The notes: generated by a model not told the origin, from the sequence alone. DNA of 64,000 bases from an uncultured Gammaproteobacteria bacterium (GCA_963784105.1 CAWAQE010000007.1:54821-118820), one strand, 5' to 3'. Positions 50,970-61,222 are shown, numbered from the stretch's first letter. Numbers and translations are program-made.

Positions 50970-51833
50970 TATATAGGCCGCTTCGCCCCGACCCCCTCGG
51001 GCGAGCTGCATTTGGGCTCGCTGTATACGGCGGTTGCGAGTTTCCTCGACGCGCGGGCGAACGGGGGACGCTGGCTGGTGCGGCTCGAGGATGTCGATGG
51101 CCCGCGCGAGGCCGCAGGCTCGGCGGCGCGCATACTCGAGACCCTGGAAGCCTTCGGCTTCGAATGGGACGGCGAGGTCGTTCGCCAGCGCGATCGCGCC
51201 GCGCACTACCGCAGTGCCTTGCAAACCTTGCAAGCCCGCGGCTTGACATTCGAGTGCTCCTGCAGCCGCCTGCAGCTGGAGGACGAGATCCGGTACCCGG
51301 GTACCTGCCGCCTGGGTCCGGCTCTCGGCGTACCGACCGCGACTCGGCTGCGCGTCGAGCCGGGGTCCATCCTGTTTTCCGACCGCATTCAAGGAACCTA
51401 CCGCCAAGACCTCGCCGGCGCGGTGGGCGATTTCATTCTCAAACGGCGCGATCAAATCATCGCCTATCAATTGGCCGTAGTGGTGGACGATGCTGCGCAG
51501 GGGGTCACGCATGTCGTGCGCGGCGCCGATTTACTGGACAACACTCCGCGGCAGATCTATTTGCAGCGCCTCCTCGGGCTGCCGATGCCCGTCTATGCGC
51601 ATCTGCCTGTGGTCACCGAAGCCGATGACTCCAAGCTCGCCAAGTCGCGGCGCAGCGTGCGGTTGGACTCGGGAGAGGCGTTGCCGCAGATTCTCACGGT
51701 GTTCAGGATGCTGGGGATGGCGCCCCCGGACTCGCTGGCGGGGGGCGGGCTTGGGCAAGCCTGGGCCTGGGCCGAGGGGCAATGGGACATCCGGCGGGTT
51801 CCGAAACGCTTGACGGTGCGTATAACAGCTTAA
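50970..51833 (+). CDS. gluQ: tRNA glutamyl-Q(34) synthetase (initiation codon unresolved)
   Basis: The frame reads YIGRFAPTPSGELHLGSLYTAVASFLDARANGGRWLVRLEDVD..., the class-I HIGH-like motif of GluQRS, and ...DDSKLAKSRRS. Coordinates begin at the first conserved residue. The first canonical start in frame is the TTG at 51012, which would delete the motif. It lies directly after dksA, as in E. coli. Confidence 0.8.
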   Translation, partial: YIGRFAPTPSGELHLGSLYTAVASFLDARANGGRWLVRLEDVDGPREAAGSAARILETLEAFGFEWDGEVVRQRDRAAHYRSALQTLQARGLTFECSCSRLQLEDEIRYPGTCRLGPALGVPTATRLRVEPGSILFSDRIQGTYRQDLAGAVGDFILKRRDQIIAYQLAVVVDDAAQGVTHVVRGADLLDNTPRQIYLQRLLGLPMPVYAHLPVVTEADDSKLAKSRRSVRLDSGEALPQILTVFRMLGMAPPDSLAGGGLGQAWAWAEGQWDIRRVPKRLTVRITA

Positions 51834-51977
51834 AAAATATACAAAAAAATGCCGATTTGCCTTACCGCTGCATTGCGTTATCCTTGAGCCGTCAGTCCTT
51901 TGAGGACTGGTCACGCGTGGTCAGGCACGAACCGGCATCTTCCGGCGGCGCGTCGGCCAACACGAGCGAGGAGCCCT

Positions 51978-52409
51978 ATGAGCGAACCGCGAGTGATAAA
52001 GAAATATCCGAATCGTCGCCTGTATGACACGGTGGAGAGCCGTTACATTACCTTGGCCGATGTGAGGCGCTTGGTCGTCGAAAGGATCGAGTTTGTAGTC
52101 GTCGACAAGAAAAACAATGCCGACATTACACGCAGCATCTTGCTGCAAGTGATTGCCGAGCAGGAGCATCTGGCTGAACCCATCCTGAGTCAGGATTTCA
52201 TGGTCAACGTAATCCGCGCCTACGGCACGAGCGTGCAAAGCCTCGTGAGCGGCCACTTGGACCAGAGCCTGAAGCAGGTCATGAGTCAGCAGCTGCAGAG
52301 CCGTCCGCCGCGAATTCGTTCGGCGGCGGATGATTCCTTCAAGGCACTGTCCACTGTCCGTACACGCGACGGCGATAAGGATCGCGACGAACACTTCGAT
52401 TCGAAGTGA
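51978..52409 (+). CDS. phaR: Polyhydroxyalkanoate synthesis repressor PhaR
   Basis: The ATG at 51978 gives MSEPRVIKKYPNRRLYDTVESRYITLADVRRLVVERIEFVVVDKKNNADITRSILLQVIAEQE, the canonical PhaR N-terminus. 143 aa. Confidence 0.85.
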   Translation: MSEPRVIKKYPNRRLYDTVESRYITLADVRRLVVERIEFVVVDKKNNADITRSILLQVIAEQEHLAEPILSQDFMVNVIRAYGTSVQSLVSGHLDQSLKQVMSQQLQSRPPRIRSAADDSFKALSTVRTRDGDKDRDEHFDSK

Positions 52410-52434
52410 ATTCGGCGCTTATGAGTAAAGAGTG

Positions 52435-52468
52435 CGGCGGCCGCGCGTGCATGCGCGCGCGGTCGCCG
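52435..52468. terminator. GC-rich hairpin between convergent phaR and pnp
   Basis: cggcggccgcgcg / cgcgcggtcgccg forms a 13-bp stem with 1 mismatch and an 8-nt loop tgcatgcg. It has no U-tract. Confidence 0.4.
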
Positions 52469-52491
52469 AGCACTGCAACATGTCCGGCGGC

Positions 52492-54591
52492 TTAGGCGGC
52501 GTCGACGTTGCGCATGGACAGGCGCACGCGCCCCTGCCGGTCCACCTCGAGGACTTTCACCCGCACCACATCGCCTTCCTTTAATTTATCGCCGACGCGC
52601 TCGACGCGCTCTTCGGAGATCTGCGAAATGTGCACCAGGCCGTCGCGGCCGGGAAGAATGGTCACGAAGGCGCCGAAGTCCATCAGCCGAGCCACCTTGC
52701 CCTCGTACACTCTGCCGACTTCCACGTCGGCGGTGATCAGCTCGATGCGCCGCTGAGCTTCACGGCCCGCGGCTCCTTGCACGGAGGCGATCTTCACCGT
52801 CCCATCGTTCTCGATGTCGATGGAGGTGCCGGTCTCTTCGGTGATCTGCCGGATCACGGCCCCGCCCTTGCCGATGACGTCGCGGATCTTTTCCGGATCG
52901 ATTTTCAGCGTGATGATCGTGGGAGCCCACTCCGACATGCTCTCGCGCGGCTTGGAAAGTACTTTGTTCATCTCGCCCAAGATGTGCAGGCGGCCGTCGC
53001 GCGCCTGGTCCAACGCGACTTTCATGATCTCGCGCGTGATGCTCGTGATCTTGATGTCCATCTGCAGCGCGGTGATGCCGTCCTTCGTGCCGGCCACTTT
53101 GAAATCCATGTCGCCGAGATGATCTTCATCGCCCAGAATGTCCGTCAGCACCTGGAATCGCGACCCTTCCTTGACCAGGCCCATGGCGACGCCCGCCACC
53201 GGCGCCTTGATCGGCACGCCCGCATCCATCAGCGCCAGGCTGGTGCCGCACACCGACGCCATGGAACTCGATCCGTTCGACTCGAGAATTTCCGACACGA
53301 CGCGGATGACGTAGGGGAATTTCTCCACGCCGGGCATCACGGCTTTGACGCCGCGCTTGGCCAAGTTACCGTGGCCGATCTCGCGCCGTTTCGGCGAGCC
53401 CATCATGCCGGTCTCGCCGACGCTGAACGGAGGAAAGTTGTAGTGCAGCATGAACGGCTCTTTGCGCTCGCCCGTGAGCCCGTCGATGATCTGCGCATCG
53501 CGTCCCGTGCCGAGGGTGGTTACCACCAATGCCTGGGTTTCGCCCCGGGTGAACAGCGCCGAACCGTGAGTTCGCGCCAGCACGCCGGTGCGGATGTTGA
53601 TGCCGCGCACGGTCTTGGTGTCGCGGCCGTCGATGCGCGGGTGCCCCTCGAGGATTCGCTCGCGGACGAGCCGGTATTCCAGATTGAAGAATTCATTGCC
53701 GACCTGATCGGCGGTGAATTTCGGCGCGGCGCCCGGGGCATCGCTCGCCGTCAGCGCTTCGACCGTGGCCGCTTTGACTTCCTTGATCTTCGTATAGCGC
53801 TGCTGCTTCTCGGTCAACGTATAGGCAGCCGCGAGATTCTTCTCCGCGAAAGCGCTTACCGCCGCCTTCAACTCCGTGTTCGCTTCGGGCGCGGTCCACG
53901 ACCATTTCGGTTTGCCCGCCTCGGCGGTTAATTCGTTGATGGCCTTGATCGCCACCTGCATCTGCTCGTGACCGAACGTGACGGCGCCGAGCATGACTTC
54001 TTCATTCAAGCCGTCGGCTTCGGATTCGACCATCAGCACCCCTTCGTGGGTGCCGGCGACCACCAAGTCCAGCTTCGATTCGACCAACTGGGTTGCGGTG
54101 GGGTTGAGAATATACTTGCCGTCCAGATAGCCCACGCGCGCGGCGCCGATGGGGCCCATGAACGGCATTCCCGAAATGGCCAGAGCGGCCGATGCGCCGA
54201 GCAGCGATGCAATATCGGGGTCCACTTCGGCATTGACCGAGAGGACCGAGGCGACCACCTGCACATCGTTGATGAAGCCTTCCGGGAACAGCGGCCGTAT
54301 CGGCCGGTCGATCAGGCGCGACGTCAGAGTCTCTTTCTCCGTCGGCCTGCCTTCGCGCTTGAAGAAGCCGCCGGGAATGCGGCCCGCCGCGTAGGTCTTT
54401 TCCTGGTAGTTCACCGTGAGCGGAAAGAAGTCGCGGCCGGGTGTCGCCTTCTTGAGGCCCACCGCGGTCACCAGCACCACCGTGTCGCTCATGGTGACCA
54501 GCACCGCGCCGTCGGCCTGACGCGCGAGTTCGCCCGTCTCAATGGTTACGGTGTGATCACCATACTTAAAACTTTTTTTGATAGCGCTCAC
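52492..54591 (-). CDS. pnp: Polyribonucleotide nucleotidyltransferase (PNPase)
   Basis: 699 aa, with GTG start at 54591. (M)[31 protein letters not shown]..., two RNase PH domains, KH (..[15 protein letters not shown]..) and S1 ([19 protein letters not shown]). Confidence 0.96.
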   Translation of the reverse strand: MSAIKKSFKYGDHTVTIETGELARQADGAVLVTMSDTVVLVTAVGLKKATPGRDFFPLTVNYQEKTYAAGRIPGGFFKREGRPTEKETLTSRLIDRPIRPLFPEGFINDVQVVASVLSVNAEVDPDIASLLGASAALAISGMPFMGPIGAARVGYLDGKYILNPTATQLVESKLDLVVAGTHEGVLMVESEADGLNEEVMLGAVTFGHEQMQVAIKAINELTAEAGKPKWSWTAPEANTELKAAVSAFAEKNLAAAYTLTEKQQRYTKIKEVKAATVEALTASDAPGAAPKFTADQVGNEFFNLEYRLVRERILEGHPRIDGRDTKTVRGINIRTGVLARTHGSALFTRGETQALVVTTLGTGRDAQIIDGLTGERKEPFMLHYNFPPFSVGETGMMGSPKRREIGHGNLAKRGVKAVMPGVEKFPYVIRVVSEILESNGSSSMASVCGTSLALMDAGVPIKAPVAGVAMGLVKEGSRFQVLTDILGDEDHLGDMDFKVAGTKDGITALQMDIKITSITREIMKVALDQARDGRLHILGEMNKVLSKPRESMSEWAPTIITLKIDPEKIRDVIGKGGAVIRQITEETGTSIDIENDGTVKIASVQGAAGREAQRRIELITADVEVGRVYEGKVARLMDFGAFVTILPGRDGLVHISQISEERVERVGDKLKEGDVVRVKVLEVDRQGRVRLSMRNVDAA

Positions 54592-54629
54592 GTAGTAGAG
54601 CCCCTTTGCGTAATCGGAAATGTATAGAC

Positions 54630-54659
54630 GCAGACCCGCACCTCGAGCGTGCGGTCTGC
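54630..54659 (-). terminator. rpsO terminator / pnp leader hairpin
   Basis: Imperfect inverted repeat gcagacccgcac...gtgcggtctgc in the 78-nt rpsO-pnp spacer. This is the same position as the RNase III-processed hairpin in the E. coli rpsO-pnp operon. Confidence 0.5.
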
Positions 54660-54669
54660 AGCGGCGCCT

Positions 54670-54939
54670 TTAGCGGCGTAACCCCAAGCGTTCGACCAAT
54701 TGCGTGTACTTGTCCGGCGTTCTGCTCTTGAGATAATCGAGCAGCTTGCGGCGCTGATTGACCATCTTGAGCAGCCCGCGACGCGACGCATGGTCGGCCT
54801 TGTGGGCGGTAAAATGCTGGCTCAAGCCGTTGATGCGCTCGGACAACAAGGCAATTTGAACTTCGGGAGAACCGGTGTCCTGCGCGCTGCGCTGGAATTT
54901 ACCGACGACGCCCGTCTTTTCTTCGCGAGTAAGTGGCAT
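54670..54939 (-). CDS. rpsO: 30S ribosomal protein S15
   Basis: The ATG at 54939 gives [71 protein letters not shown]. 89 aa. Confidence 0.95.
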   Translation of the reverse strand: MPLTREEKTGVVGKFQRSAQDTGSPEVQIALLSERINGLSQHFTAHKADHASRRGLLKMVNQRRKLLDYLKSRTPDKYTQLVERLGLRR

Positions 54940-54985
54940 TGAAATCAAACCTCAATCAATAACTTAGACCTTTTGGAAGGCGCGC

Positions 54986-55014
54986 ATTGTACGCGTCGCG
55001 GCACCCGCTCTCAA
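54986..55014 (-). promoter_or_regulatory. Putative sigma70 promoter of rpsO
   Basis: On the minus strand the sequence reads TTGAGA, a 17-nt spacer, then TACAAT. The -10 element lies 47 nt upstream of the rpsO ATG. The -35 element overlaps the truB stop codon. Confidence 0.55.
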
Positions 55015-55922
55015 GCGCGATTCGTCTGCGCTGAAATAAGTCGCAGGGGAACCAGGCGGCCGGTAGCCTCGATTTCCCCCAAACCCAGGAATCCCAAGCC
55101 CGCCGCATAGATACGCACCGTCCCCGGCGGAAACCCAGCCAAATCGGCGGAAATGGACACCGTTTGTCCCTGCCGAAATGCGCTGACCCCGTCTGCGGAT
55201 AGATCGAGCCGCTGCCAGGCAGTCAGCGCGGCATCGACCGGCAACAGCACATCCTGCCGCTGTGCGGGGCTCAAGGATTCCAATGCCTCGAAGGACCATT
55301 GCGGTTCTGCACCAAATGGCGCCACTCCGAGCCTGCGCAACGCCGCCAAATGAGCGATCGTTCCCAGTTGCGCCGCCAAATCCTCCGCCAGAACCCGGAT
55401 ATAGGTGCCCTTCGAGCAGCGCACGTCGAAGGACACATCCGGCGGCTGCCAATCGAGCAGGCGCATGTCGTGGATGAGAATCGGGCGGGCCGCCCGCTCG
55501 CGGACGATGCCCGCGCGCGCATATTCATACAGCGGCTTGCCGTCCTGTTTGAGCGCGGAATGCATGGGCGGCACTTGGGCATATTCGCGCGGAAATTCGC
55601 TCAGCGCCTTCTCGAGCTGCTGCGCCGAATAAGGCGGCAATTCGCGCCTTTCGATGACGTCGGACTCACGGTCGGCACTCGAGGTGCGCTCGCCGAGGCG
55701 CACCGTCACGCGATAGGTTTTGTCCGCATCGAGGAGCTGGGCACCGAATTTCGTGGCTTCGCCGAAGCAAATGGGCAGCAGTCCCGATGCCAGCGGATCG
55801 AGGGATCCGGTGTGTCCCGCCTTGCGCGCGTCGAACAGTCGCTTGACCCTGGCTACGGCTCCCGCGGAACTGACCCCTATGGGCTTATCGAGCAATAAAA
55901 TCCCGTGAATGTCAGAGGGCAT
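55011..55922 (-). CDS. truB: tRNA pseudouridine(55) synthase
   Basis: 303 aa. ...HGILLLDKPIGVSSAGAVARVKRLFDARKAGHTGSLDPLASGLLPICFGEATK, with the catalytic Asp in GSLDP. Confidence 0.93.
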   Translation of the reverse strand: MPSDIHGILLLDKPIGVSSAGAVARVKRLFDARKAGHTGSLDPLASGLLPICFGEATKFGAQLLDADKTYRVTVRLGERTSSADRESDVIERRELPPYSAQQLEKALSEFPREYAQVPPMHSALKQDGKPLYEYARAGIVRERAARPILIHDMRLLDWQPPDVSFDVRCSKGTYIRVLAEDLAAQLGTIAHLAALRRLGVAPFGAEPQWSFEALESLSPAQRQDVLLPVDAALTAWQRLDLSADGVSAFRQGQTVSISADLAGFPPGTVRIYAAGLGFLGLGEIEATGRLVPLRLISAQTNRA

Positions 55923-55929
55923 TGATCAC

Positions 55930-55971
55930 GCTTGCAACCCGAGACTTCACGCTTGCGGCCCGAGACTTCAC
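55930..55971. repeat. 21-bp direct repeat x2 (plus partial third) in the rbfA-truB spacer
   Basis: gcttgcaacccgagacttcac (55930-55950) and gcttgcggcccgagacttcac (55951-55971) match at 19 of 21 positions. They are followed by ttttgcggc. The second unit spans the rbfA stop codon. Confidence 0.65.
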
Positions 55972-56426
55972 TTTTGCGGCTTTGATGGCGTGTAATCGCC
56001 TTCATCCACCACGTGCCCTTCATCCACCGCCTGCCCTTCATCGTCTTCGTGGCGGGCGGCCGCCGGCTGCTTGTCGGGCTTGTTCACGGCGTCGATCAGC
56101 TGAGTCAGCCGCACGCCGTGCTCGATAGAGGTGTCGAGTTCGAAGCTCAGCGTGGGCGTGTACCGGATCATCAGCGACTTCGACAGCGCGTTGCGCAGGA
56201 ATCCCGCGGCGCTCTCCAAGCCCCGCTGCACTTTCGGATCGGGGCCGTCCTTGCCGAAGACCAGGTAGTACACACGCGCCGTGCGCAAATCGCCCGTGAC
56301 GCTGACCGCCGTGATGGTCACATTGCCGATGCGCTCGTCCTTGACGTCGCGCCGCAGAAGCTCTCCCAGCTCGCGCTGGATCTGCTCTCCCAGCCGCCGC
56401 GCCCGCGGATTATGTTTGTCTGTCAT
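55968..56426 (-). CDS. rbfA: Ribosome-binding factor A with acidic repeat tail
   Basis: 152 aa. ...RARRLGEQIQRELGELLRRDVKDERIGNVTITAVSVTGDLRTARVYY.... The C-terminus is ...HEDDEGQAVDEGHVVDEGDYTPSKPQK. Confidence 0.9.
   Translation of the reverse strand: MTDKHNPRARRLGEQIQRELGELLRRDVKDERIGNVTITAVSVTGDLRTARVYYLVFGKDGPDPKVQRGLESAAGFLRNALSKSLMIRYTPTLSFELDTSIEHGVRLTQLIDAVNKPDKQPAAARHEDDEGQAVDEGHVVDEGDYTPSKPQK
56000..56042 (-). repeat. In-frame 18-nt tandem repeat (about 2.4 copies) at the rbfA 3' end
   Basis: cttcatccaccacgtgcc (56000-56017), cttcatccaccgcctgcc (56018-56035), then cttcatc.... These encode the (A/V)VDEG(Q/H) repeats. Confidence 0.6.
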
Positions 56427-56543
56427 ATCGTCTTCTGCCGCGCTCTGATTTTGAACCTCGTCCCGTGCTCATGCACCGAGTACTCGTTAGGCGCTACGCG
56501 CCGGAATCAACGGGGTCGAGGCGACCCCGTCCTGCAACGCGAC

Positions 56544-59051
56544 CTAAAGAGTCCGAGCCACCTCTACTCGGGAGTAGCATTCGATCTGATCGTTTTCCTG
56601 CACGTCGTTGTAGTTCTTCACCCCGATGCCGCATTCGGTTCCTGCGCGCACCTCGTTGACGTCGTCCTTGAAGCGCTTCAAGGATTCCAAGGCGCCCTCG
56701 AAGATGACGACGTTGTTGCGCAGCACGCGAATCGGAAAATTGCGCCTCACATAACCGTCGATCACCATGCAGCCGGCGACGGTGCCGAATTTGCTCGAAC
56801 GGAACACGCTGCGCACCGCCGCGAGCCCCACGATCTGCTCCTTGACCTCGGGCGACAGCATGCCCGTGAGGACCGCCCGGATGTCGTCGATGGCTTCGTA
56901 AATGATGCTGTAGTAGCGGACATCGACCCCATGGTCCTTGATGGCTGCACGCGCCGCCGCGTCGCCCCGCACGTTGAACGCAATGATGCGCGCCTTGGAA
57001 GCGGCAGCCAGTGTGACGTCGGATTCGGTCAAGCCCCCGACGCCGGATGCCACGATGTTCACGGCAACTTCGCCGGTCGACAATCCGTTCAGGGTATCGC
57101 GCAATGCCTCGACGCTGCCCTGCACATCGGCCTTGATCAAGAGCTGCACGAAATCGGCCTTGCTCTCGCCCATGGTCGAGAACACGTCCTGCATGTTCGC
57201 GCTCTTCTGCGCGAGCTTGACGTCGCGCGACTTGGACTGGCGATGCGTCGCGACTTCGCGCGCCTTGCGCTCGCTCTCGACCACCAGCAGCTCGTCGCCG
57301 GCATTCGGCGCACCGGACAGGCCCAATACCACCACCGGTATCGACGGCCCCGCCGCATCGATCGGCTGTCCCGCTTCATCGAACAGCGCGCGCACCCGGC
57401 CGAATTCCTGCCCGATGAGCAGAGGATCGCCCAGCTTGAGCGTGCCGCGCAGCACCAGCACGGTCGCAACCGCGCCGCGGCCCTTCTCCAGGCTCGATTC
57501 GATCACATAGCCCGCCGCAAGGCCGGTGGTCGGCGCTTTCAGCTCGAGCACTTCGGCCTGCAGCAAAATGCTGTCGATCAGCTGATCCACGCCCTGCCCG
57601 GTTCGCGCGGACACGGGCACGAAAATATTCTCGCCGCCCCATTCCTCCGGTATCACGCCGTACTTCGTGAGTTCCTGCTTGACCTTCTCGGCATCCGCCT
57701 CCGGCTTGTCCATCTTGTTGAGCGCCACGACGATGGGTACTTTGGCGGCTTGCGCGTGTTGAATCGCCTCGATGGTCTGCGGCATGACGCCGTCGTCGGC
57801 GCCCACGACCAGGATCACGATGTCCGTGACCTGCGCGCCGCGCGCGCGCATAGAGGTGAATGCCGCGTGGCCCGGGGTGTCCAGGAAGGTAACCATGCCC
57901 TTGGCGGTTTCGACGTGGTATGCGCCGATGTGCTGAGTAATGCCCCCCGCCTCGCCTGCCGCCACCTTGGTGCGGCGTATGTAGTCGAGCAATGAGGTCT
58001 TGCCGTGGTCGACATGTCCCATCACGGTCACGACCGGCGGACGCGGCACCACCTCGAGCGAGGAGTCGGCTTCGCCCTGCAGATCGTCTTCAATGATGTT
58101 TTCCTTGCGCAGCACCGCCGTGTGGCCCATCTCCTCGACCACCAGCACCGCGGTATCCTGCTCGATCATTTGATTGATCGTCGCCATCACGCCCATGTTC
58201 ATCATCACTTTGATGACTTCGGTGGCCTTGACCGCCATTTTCTGCGCGAGCTCGCCGACCGTCATGGCCTCGCCGATCGCCACCTCGCGCACCACGCGTG
58301 CGGTCGGCATCTCAAATCCGTGCTTGGTATCCGAGTCGCCGCCGACCGAGCGGCGCCGGCCGTCGCGGGATTTCTTTTTCTTGTGCCGCGAGCTCACATC
58401 GCCGACGATGTGCAGCTCCTGGCGGCCGTAGCGCGTCGCCTTGTCGTCCACCTCCACCCGCACGGCCTTGCCAGGCTTCGCCGCGGCGGCCTTGCGCTCG
58501 CGTTCGGCCACCTCTCGCGCCTGCACTTCGGCGAGGCGGCGCGCTTCTTCCTCCGCCGTCTTCTTGCGGTTCTCTTCGTCGCTGCGGCGCCTGCTTTCCT
58601 CTTCGAGGCGCTCGCGGTCCAGGCGCTCTTTCTCGAGCCTCTCCTGTTCCGCCTTTTCGATGGCTGCCCTTGCCTGCTCCTCGGACTCGCGCTGCCGATC
58701 GAGCTCTTCCTGCTGATGACGCGCCTGATCCTCGAGAACCTCGCGTTTGACGTAGGTACGCTTGCTGCGCACCTCGACGTTGACGGTTCGCGCGCGCCCC
58801 TGAGGACTCGCGAGCTTCAGCTCCGATTGCGATTTGCGGCGCAGGGTGATCTTGCGCGGAGCCGCATCGGCCTGCACGTCGTCATGCCCGTGGCTGCGCC
58901 TGAGGTGCGTGAGCAGCTCATGCTTCGCGTCCTCGCTGATCATATCCTCGGCGCTGCCGACCCTGATCCCCGCCTGATCGAGCTGCTGCAGCAGCCGATC
59001 GACCGGGACTTTCAGCACCTCGGCGAATTGGGCTACGGTAACATCTGCCAT
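56544..59051 (-). CDS. infB: Translation initiation factor IF-2
   Basis: 835 aa. [24 protein letters not shown]..., a charged ER-rich region, and the GTPase domain [17 protein letters not shown]...DTPGH...NKMD. Confidence 0.96.
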   Translation of the reverse strand: MADVTVAQFAEVLKVPVDRLLQQLDQAGIRVGSAEDMISEDAKHELLTHLRRSHGHDDVQADAAPRKITLRRKSQSELKLASPQGRARTVNVEVRSKRTYVKREVLEDQARHQQEELDRQRESEEQARAAIEKAEQERLEKERLDRERLEEESRRRSDEENRKKTAEEEARRLAEVQAREVAERERKAAAAKPGKAVRVEVDDKATRYGRQELHIVGDVSSRHKKKKSRDGRRRSVGGDSDTKHGFEMPTARVVREVAIGEAMTVGELAQKMAVKATEVIKVMMNMGVMATINQMIEQDTAVLVVEEMGHTAVLRKENIIEDDLQGEADSSLEVVPRPPVVTVMGHVDHGKTSLLDYIRRTKVAAGEAGGITQHIGAYHVETAKGMVTFLDTPGHAAFTSMRARGAQVTDIVILVVGADDGVMPQTIEAIQHAQAAKVPIVVALNKMDKPEADAEKVKQELTKYGVIPEEWGGENIFVPVSARTGQGVDQLIDSILLQAEVLELKAPTTGLAAGYVIESSLEKGRGAVATVLVLRGTLKLGDPLLIGQEFGRVRALFDEAGQPIDAAGPSIPVVVLGLSGAPNAGDELLVVESERKAREVATHRQSKSRDVKLAQKSANMQDVFSTMGESKADFVQLLIKADVQGSVEALRDTLNGLSTGEVAVNIVASGVGGLTESDVTLAAASKARIIAFNVRGDAAARAAIKDHGVDVRYYSIIYEAIDDIRAVLTGMLSPEVKEQIVGLAAVRSVFRSSKFGTVAGCMVIDGYVRRNFPIRVLRNNVVIFEGALESLKRFKDDVNEVRAGTECGIGVKNYNDVQENDQIECYSRVEVARTL

Positions 59052-59059
59052 ACTTGCTC

Positions 59060-60556
59060 CTAGACCTTAGCTTCTTCCGCGAACCAGTGCTTGCGGGCAT
59101 CCATGATCAGTTCTGCGGCTTTTTTCTCGTCGATGCCGCCCATCTCTACTAATTCGTCGACCGCCAGATCGGCCAGGTCTTCGCGCGTGCGCACCCCCTT
59201 GCGAGCCAGGGTTTTGGCCAGGGAATCGCCCGCAGCCTCTATCAGGTCCGCCGCCGGCTCCGCCCCGTCCACCGATTCCTCGCTCGCGATCGCCTGCGTC
59301 AGCAAAACGTCGCGTGCGCGCGTGCGCAGCTCTTTGACGATCTCTTCGTCGAACTCCTCGATGCCGTTCAGCTCGCTGGCAGGCACGTAGGCGATCTCTT
59401 CGATGGTCGAAAAGCCCTCCTGCACCAGGATGCTGGCGACGTCGGCGTCGACGTCGAGCTGCTTCATGAAGGTCTCGCGCAATGCCAGCGACTCCGTCTC
59501 GCTCTTCGCCTCGGCCTGCGATTCGCTCATGACGTTCAATTCCCACCCCGTCAGCTCGCTCGCCAGGCGTATGTTTTGGCCGCCTCTGCCGATGGCCTGG
59601 GAGAGCTTGTCCTCGGACACCGCGATATCCATGGAGTGCGAATCCTCGTCAACCACGATCGAGGTGACTTCCGCGGGCGCCATCGCATTGATGACGAACT
59701 GTGCGTTGTTCTCGTCGAACGGAATGATGTCGACGCGCTCGCCGGCGATTTCATTGGAAACGGCCTGGACGCGCGAGCCGCGCATGCCGACGCACGCGCC
59801 CACCGGGTCGACGCGCGGATCGTTGCTGCGCACGGCGATCTTGGCGCGCACCCCCGCGTCGCGGGCCGCCGCCAGGATGTTGATGAGACCCTGGCCCACT
59901 TCAGGAACCTCGAGCTTGAACAGCTCGATCAGGAACTCCGGAGCGGTGCGCGACAGAAACAGCTGCGGGCCGCGCGGCTCGGTGCGCACTTCCTTCAAGT
60001 AGGCCTTGATGCGGTCCTGGGAGCGCACGGGCTCTCGGGGAATCATCTCTTCGCGCGCAATGAATCCTTCGGCGTTCGCCCCCAGATCCACATAGACGCC
60101 GTTGCGGTCGACGCGCTTGACGATGCCGCTGACCAGCGTGCCGGCGCGGTCCTTGTAGGCGTCGACGACCTGCGCGCGTTCGGCCTCGCGCACCTTCTGG
60201 ACGATGACTTGCTTGGCCGTCTGCGCGAGGATGCGGCCGAAGGGCACCGATTCCATGGACTCTTCCACATAGCCGCCCGGCTCCACGTCCTTGTCGATCT
60301 CGCGCGCATCGTCCAGGCGCAGTTCCCGCTCCGGAACTTCGAGCTCGGTGGAGTCGTCCGCAAACACCTTCCAGCGGCGGAACGTGTCGTAGCCGCCGGT
60401 CTTGCGGTTGATCGATACGCGTATATCCAATTCTTCGCCGTGCTTCTTGCGGGTTGCCGAAGCGAGCGCGGCTTCGAGCGCGTCGAAGATAATTTCTTTG
60501 TCGACGCCTTTCTCGTTGGAGACTGCGTCGACCGCCATCAGTATTTCTTTGTTCAT
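59060..60556 (-). CDS. nusA: Transcription termination/antitermination factor NusA
   Basis: 498 aa. [37 protein letters not shown]..., with S1, two KH domains and two C-terminal acidic repeats. Confidence 0.96.
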   Translation of the reverse strand: MNKEILMAVDAVSNEKGVDKEIIFDALEAALASATRKKHGEELDIRVSINRKTGGYDTFRRWKVFADDSTELEVPERELRLDDAREIDKDVEPGGYVEESMESVPFGRILAQTAKQVIVQKVREAERAQVVDAYKDRAGTLVSGIVKRVDRNGVYVDLGANAEGFIAREEMIPREPVRSQDRIKAYLKEVRTEPRGPQLFLSRTAPEFLIELFKLEVPEVGQGLINILAAARDAGVRAKIAVRSNDPRVDPVGACVGMRGSRVQAVSNEIAGERVDIIPFDENNAQFVINAMAPAEVTSIVVDEDSHSMDIAVSEDKLSQAIGRGGQNIRLASELTGWELNVMSESQAEAKSETESLALRETFMKQLDVDADVASILVQEGFSTIEEIAYVPASELNGIEEFDEEIVKELRTRARDVLLTQAIASEESVDGAEPAADLIEAAGDSLAKTLARKGVRTREDLADLAVDELVEMGGIDEKKAAELIMDARKHWFAEEAKV

Positions 60557-60575
60557 GGTTCTGTGAAACTCCTCA

Positions 60576-61034
60576 TCACTCCGGCCGCAACCGCGCCTTC
60601 TGAATTCGTTCGAGCGGCAGGCTGTGCGCCTTGCCGTCGACTTCCATTACAATCATGCCGTCCGCAATCGACTTCAAGACCCCGACATAGCGCCGCCTTC
60701 CTTCTACGGCCAACTTCAGCTCGGCGAAAATCCTCTCGCCCACGAACCGCTCGAAATGCGCACGCGTGCGCAAGATCCGATCGAATCCCGGCGACGAGAC
60801 TTCCAGCGTGTAATGCCCCTTGATCGGATCCTGGGTCTCGAGCACTTGGCTCACCGCATGGCTCACGTTCGCGCAATCGTCGACCGTTACCCCTAAGCCG
60901 GAATCCTTCGCGTTCCGGTCTATGAATATCCGCAAGACCCCGCCGCGACCAGCCTGCGCAAACTCGATATCGACCAATTCATAATTCAGCGCCTCGATCG
61001 GCGGCTCTAATAAGCGCATCAAGGCATCACGCAT
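60576..61034 (-). CDS. rimP: Ribosome maturation factor RimP
   Basis: The ATG at 61034 gives MRDALMRLLEPPIEALNYELVDIEF.... 152 aa. The track start at 61058 is a TTG lying inside the U-tract of an upstream terminator-like hairpin, so I reject it. Confidence 0.88.
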   Translation of the reverse strand: MRDALMRLLEPPIEALNYELVDIEFAQAGRGGVLRIFIDRNAKDSGLGVTVDDCANVSHAVSQVLETQDPIKGHYTLEVSSPGFDRILRTRAHFERFVGERIFAELKLAVEGRRRYVGVLKSIADGMIVMEVDGKAHSLPLERIQKARLRPE

Positions 61035-61052
61035 GCTGCTGAACCCTATCCC

Positions 61053-61079
61053 AAACAAAAAAGGGGACCATCGGCCCCC
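61053..61079 (-). terminator. Intrinsic-terminator-like hairpin + U-tract in the rimP leader
   Basis: The minus strand reads gggggcc-gau-ggucccc (7-bp stem including one G-U) followed by UUUUUUGUUUGGG. It ends about 20 nt upstream of the rimP ATG. Confidence 0.5.
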
Positions 61080-61196
61080 TCATCTTCAACGAAAAGCCCG
61101 GTGCGGGCCGTCACGCCCTCCGCCGAGGGGCGCGATTATAGGCAAAGCCAACTTAGGCGTAAACCCTAATCGCGCGAAGCGACACTCGAGAAACGA

Positions 61197-61222
61197 CTGG
61201 GGCCGCATCGCTGCGGCCCCAG
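61197..61222 (-). terminator. Rho-independent-type terminator of the RRM-protein gene
   Basis: Perfect 10-bp stem ctggggccgc / gcggccccag with a 6-nt loop, 23 nt downstream of the stop at 61245. On the minus strand it is followed by ucguuucuc. Confidence 0.6.
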
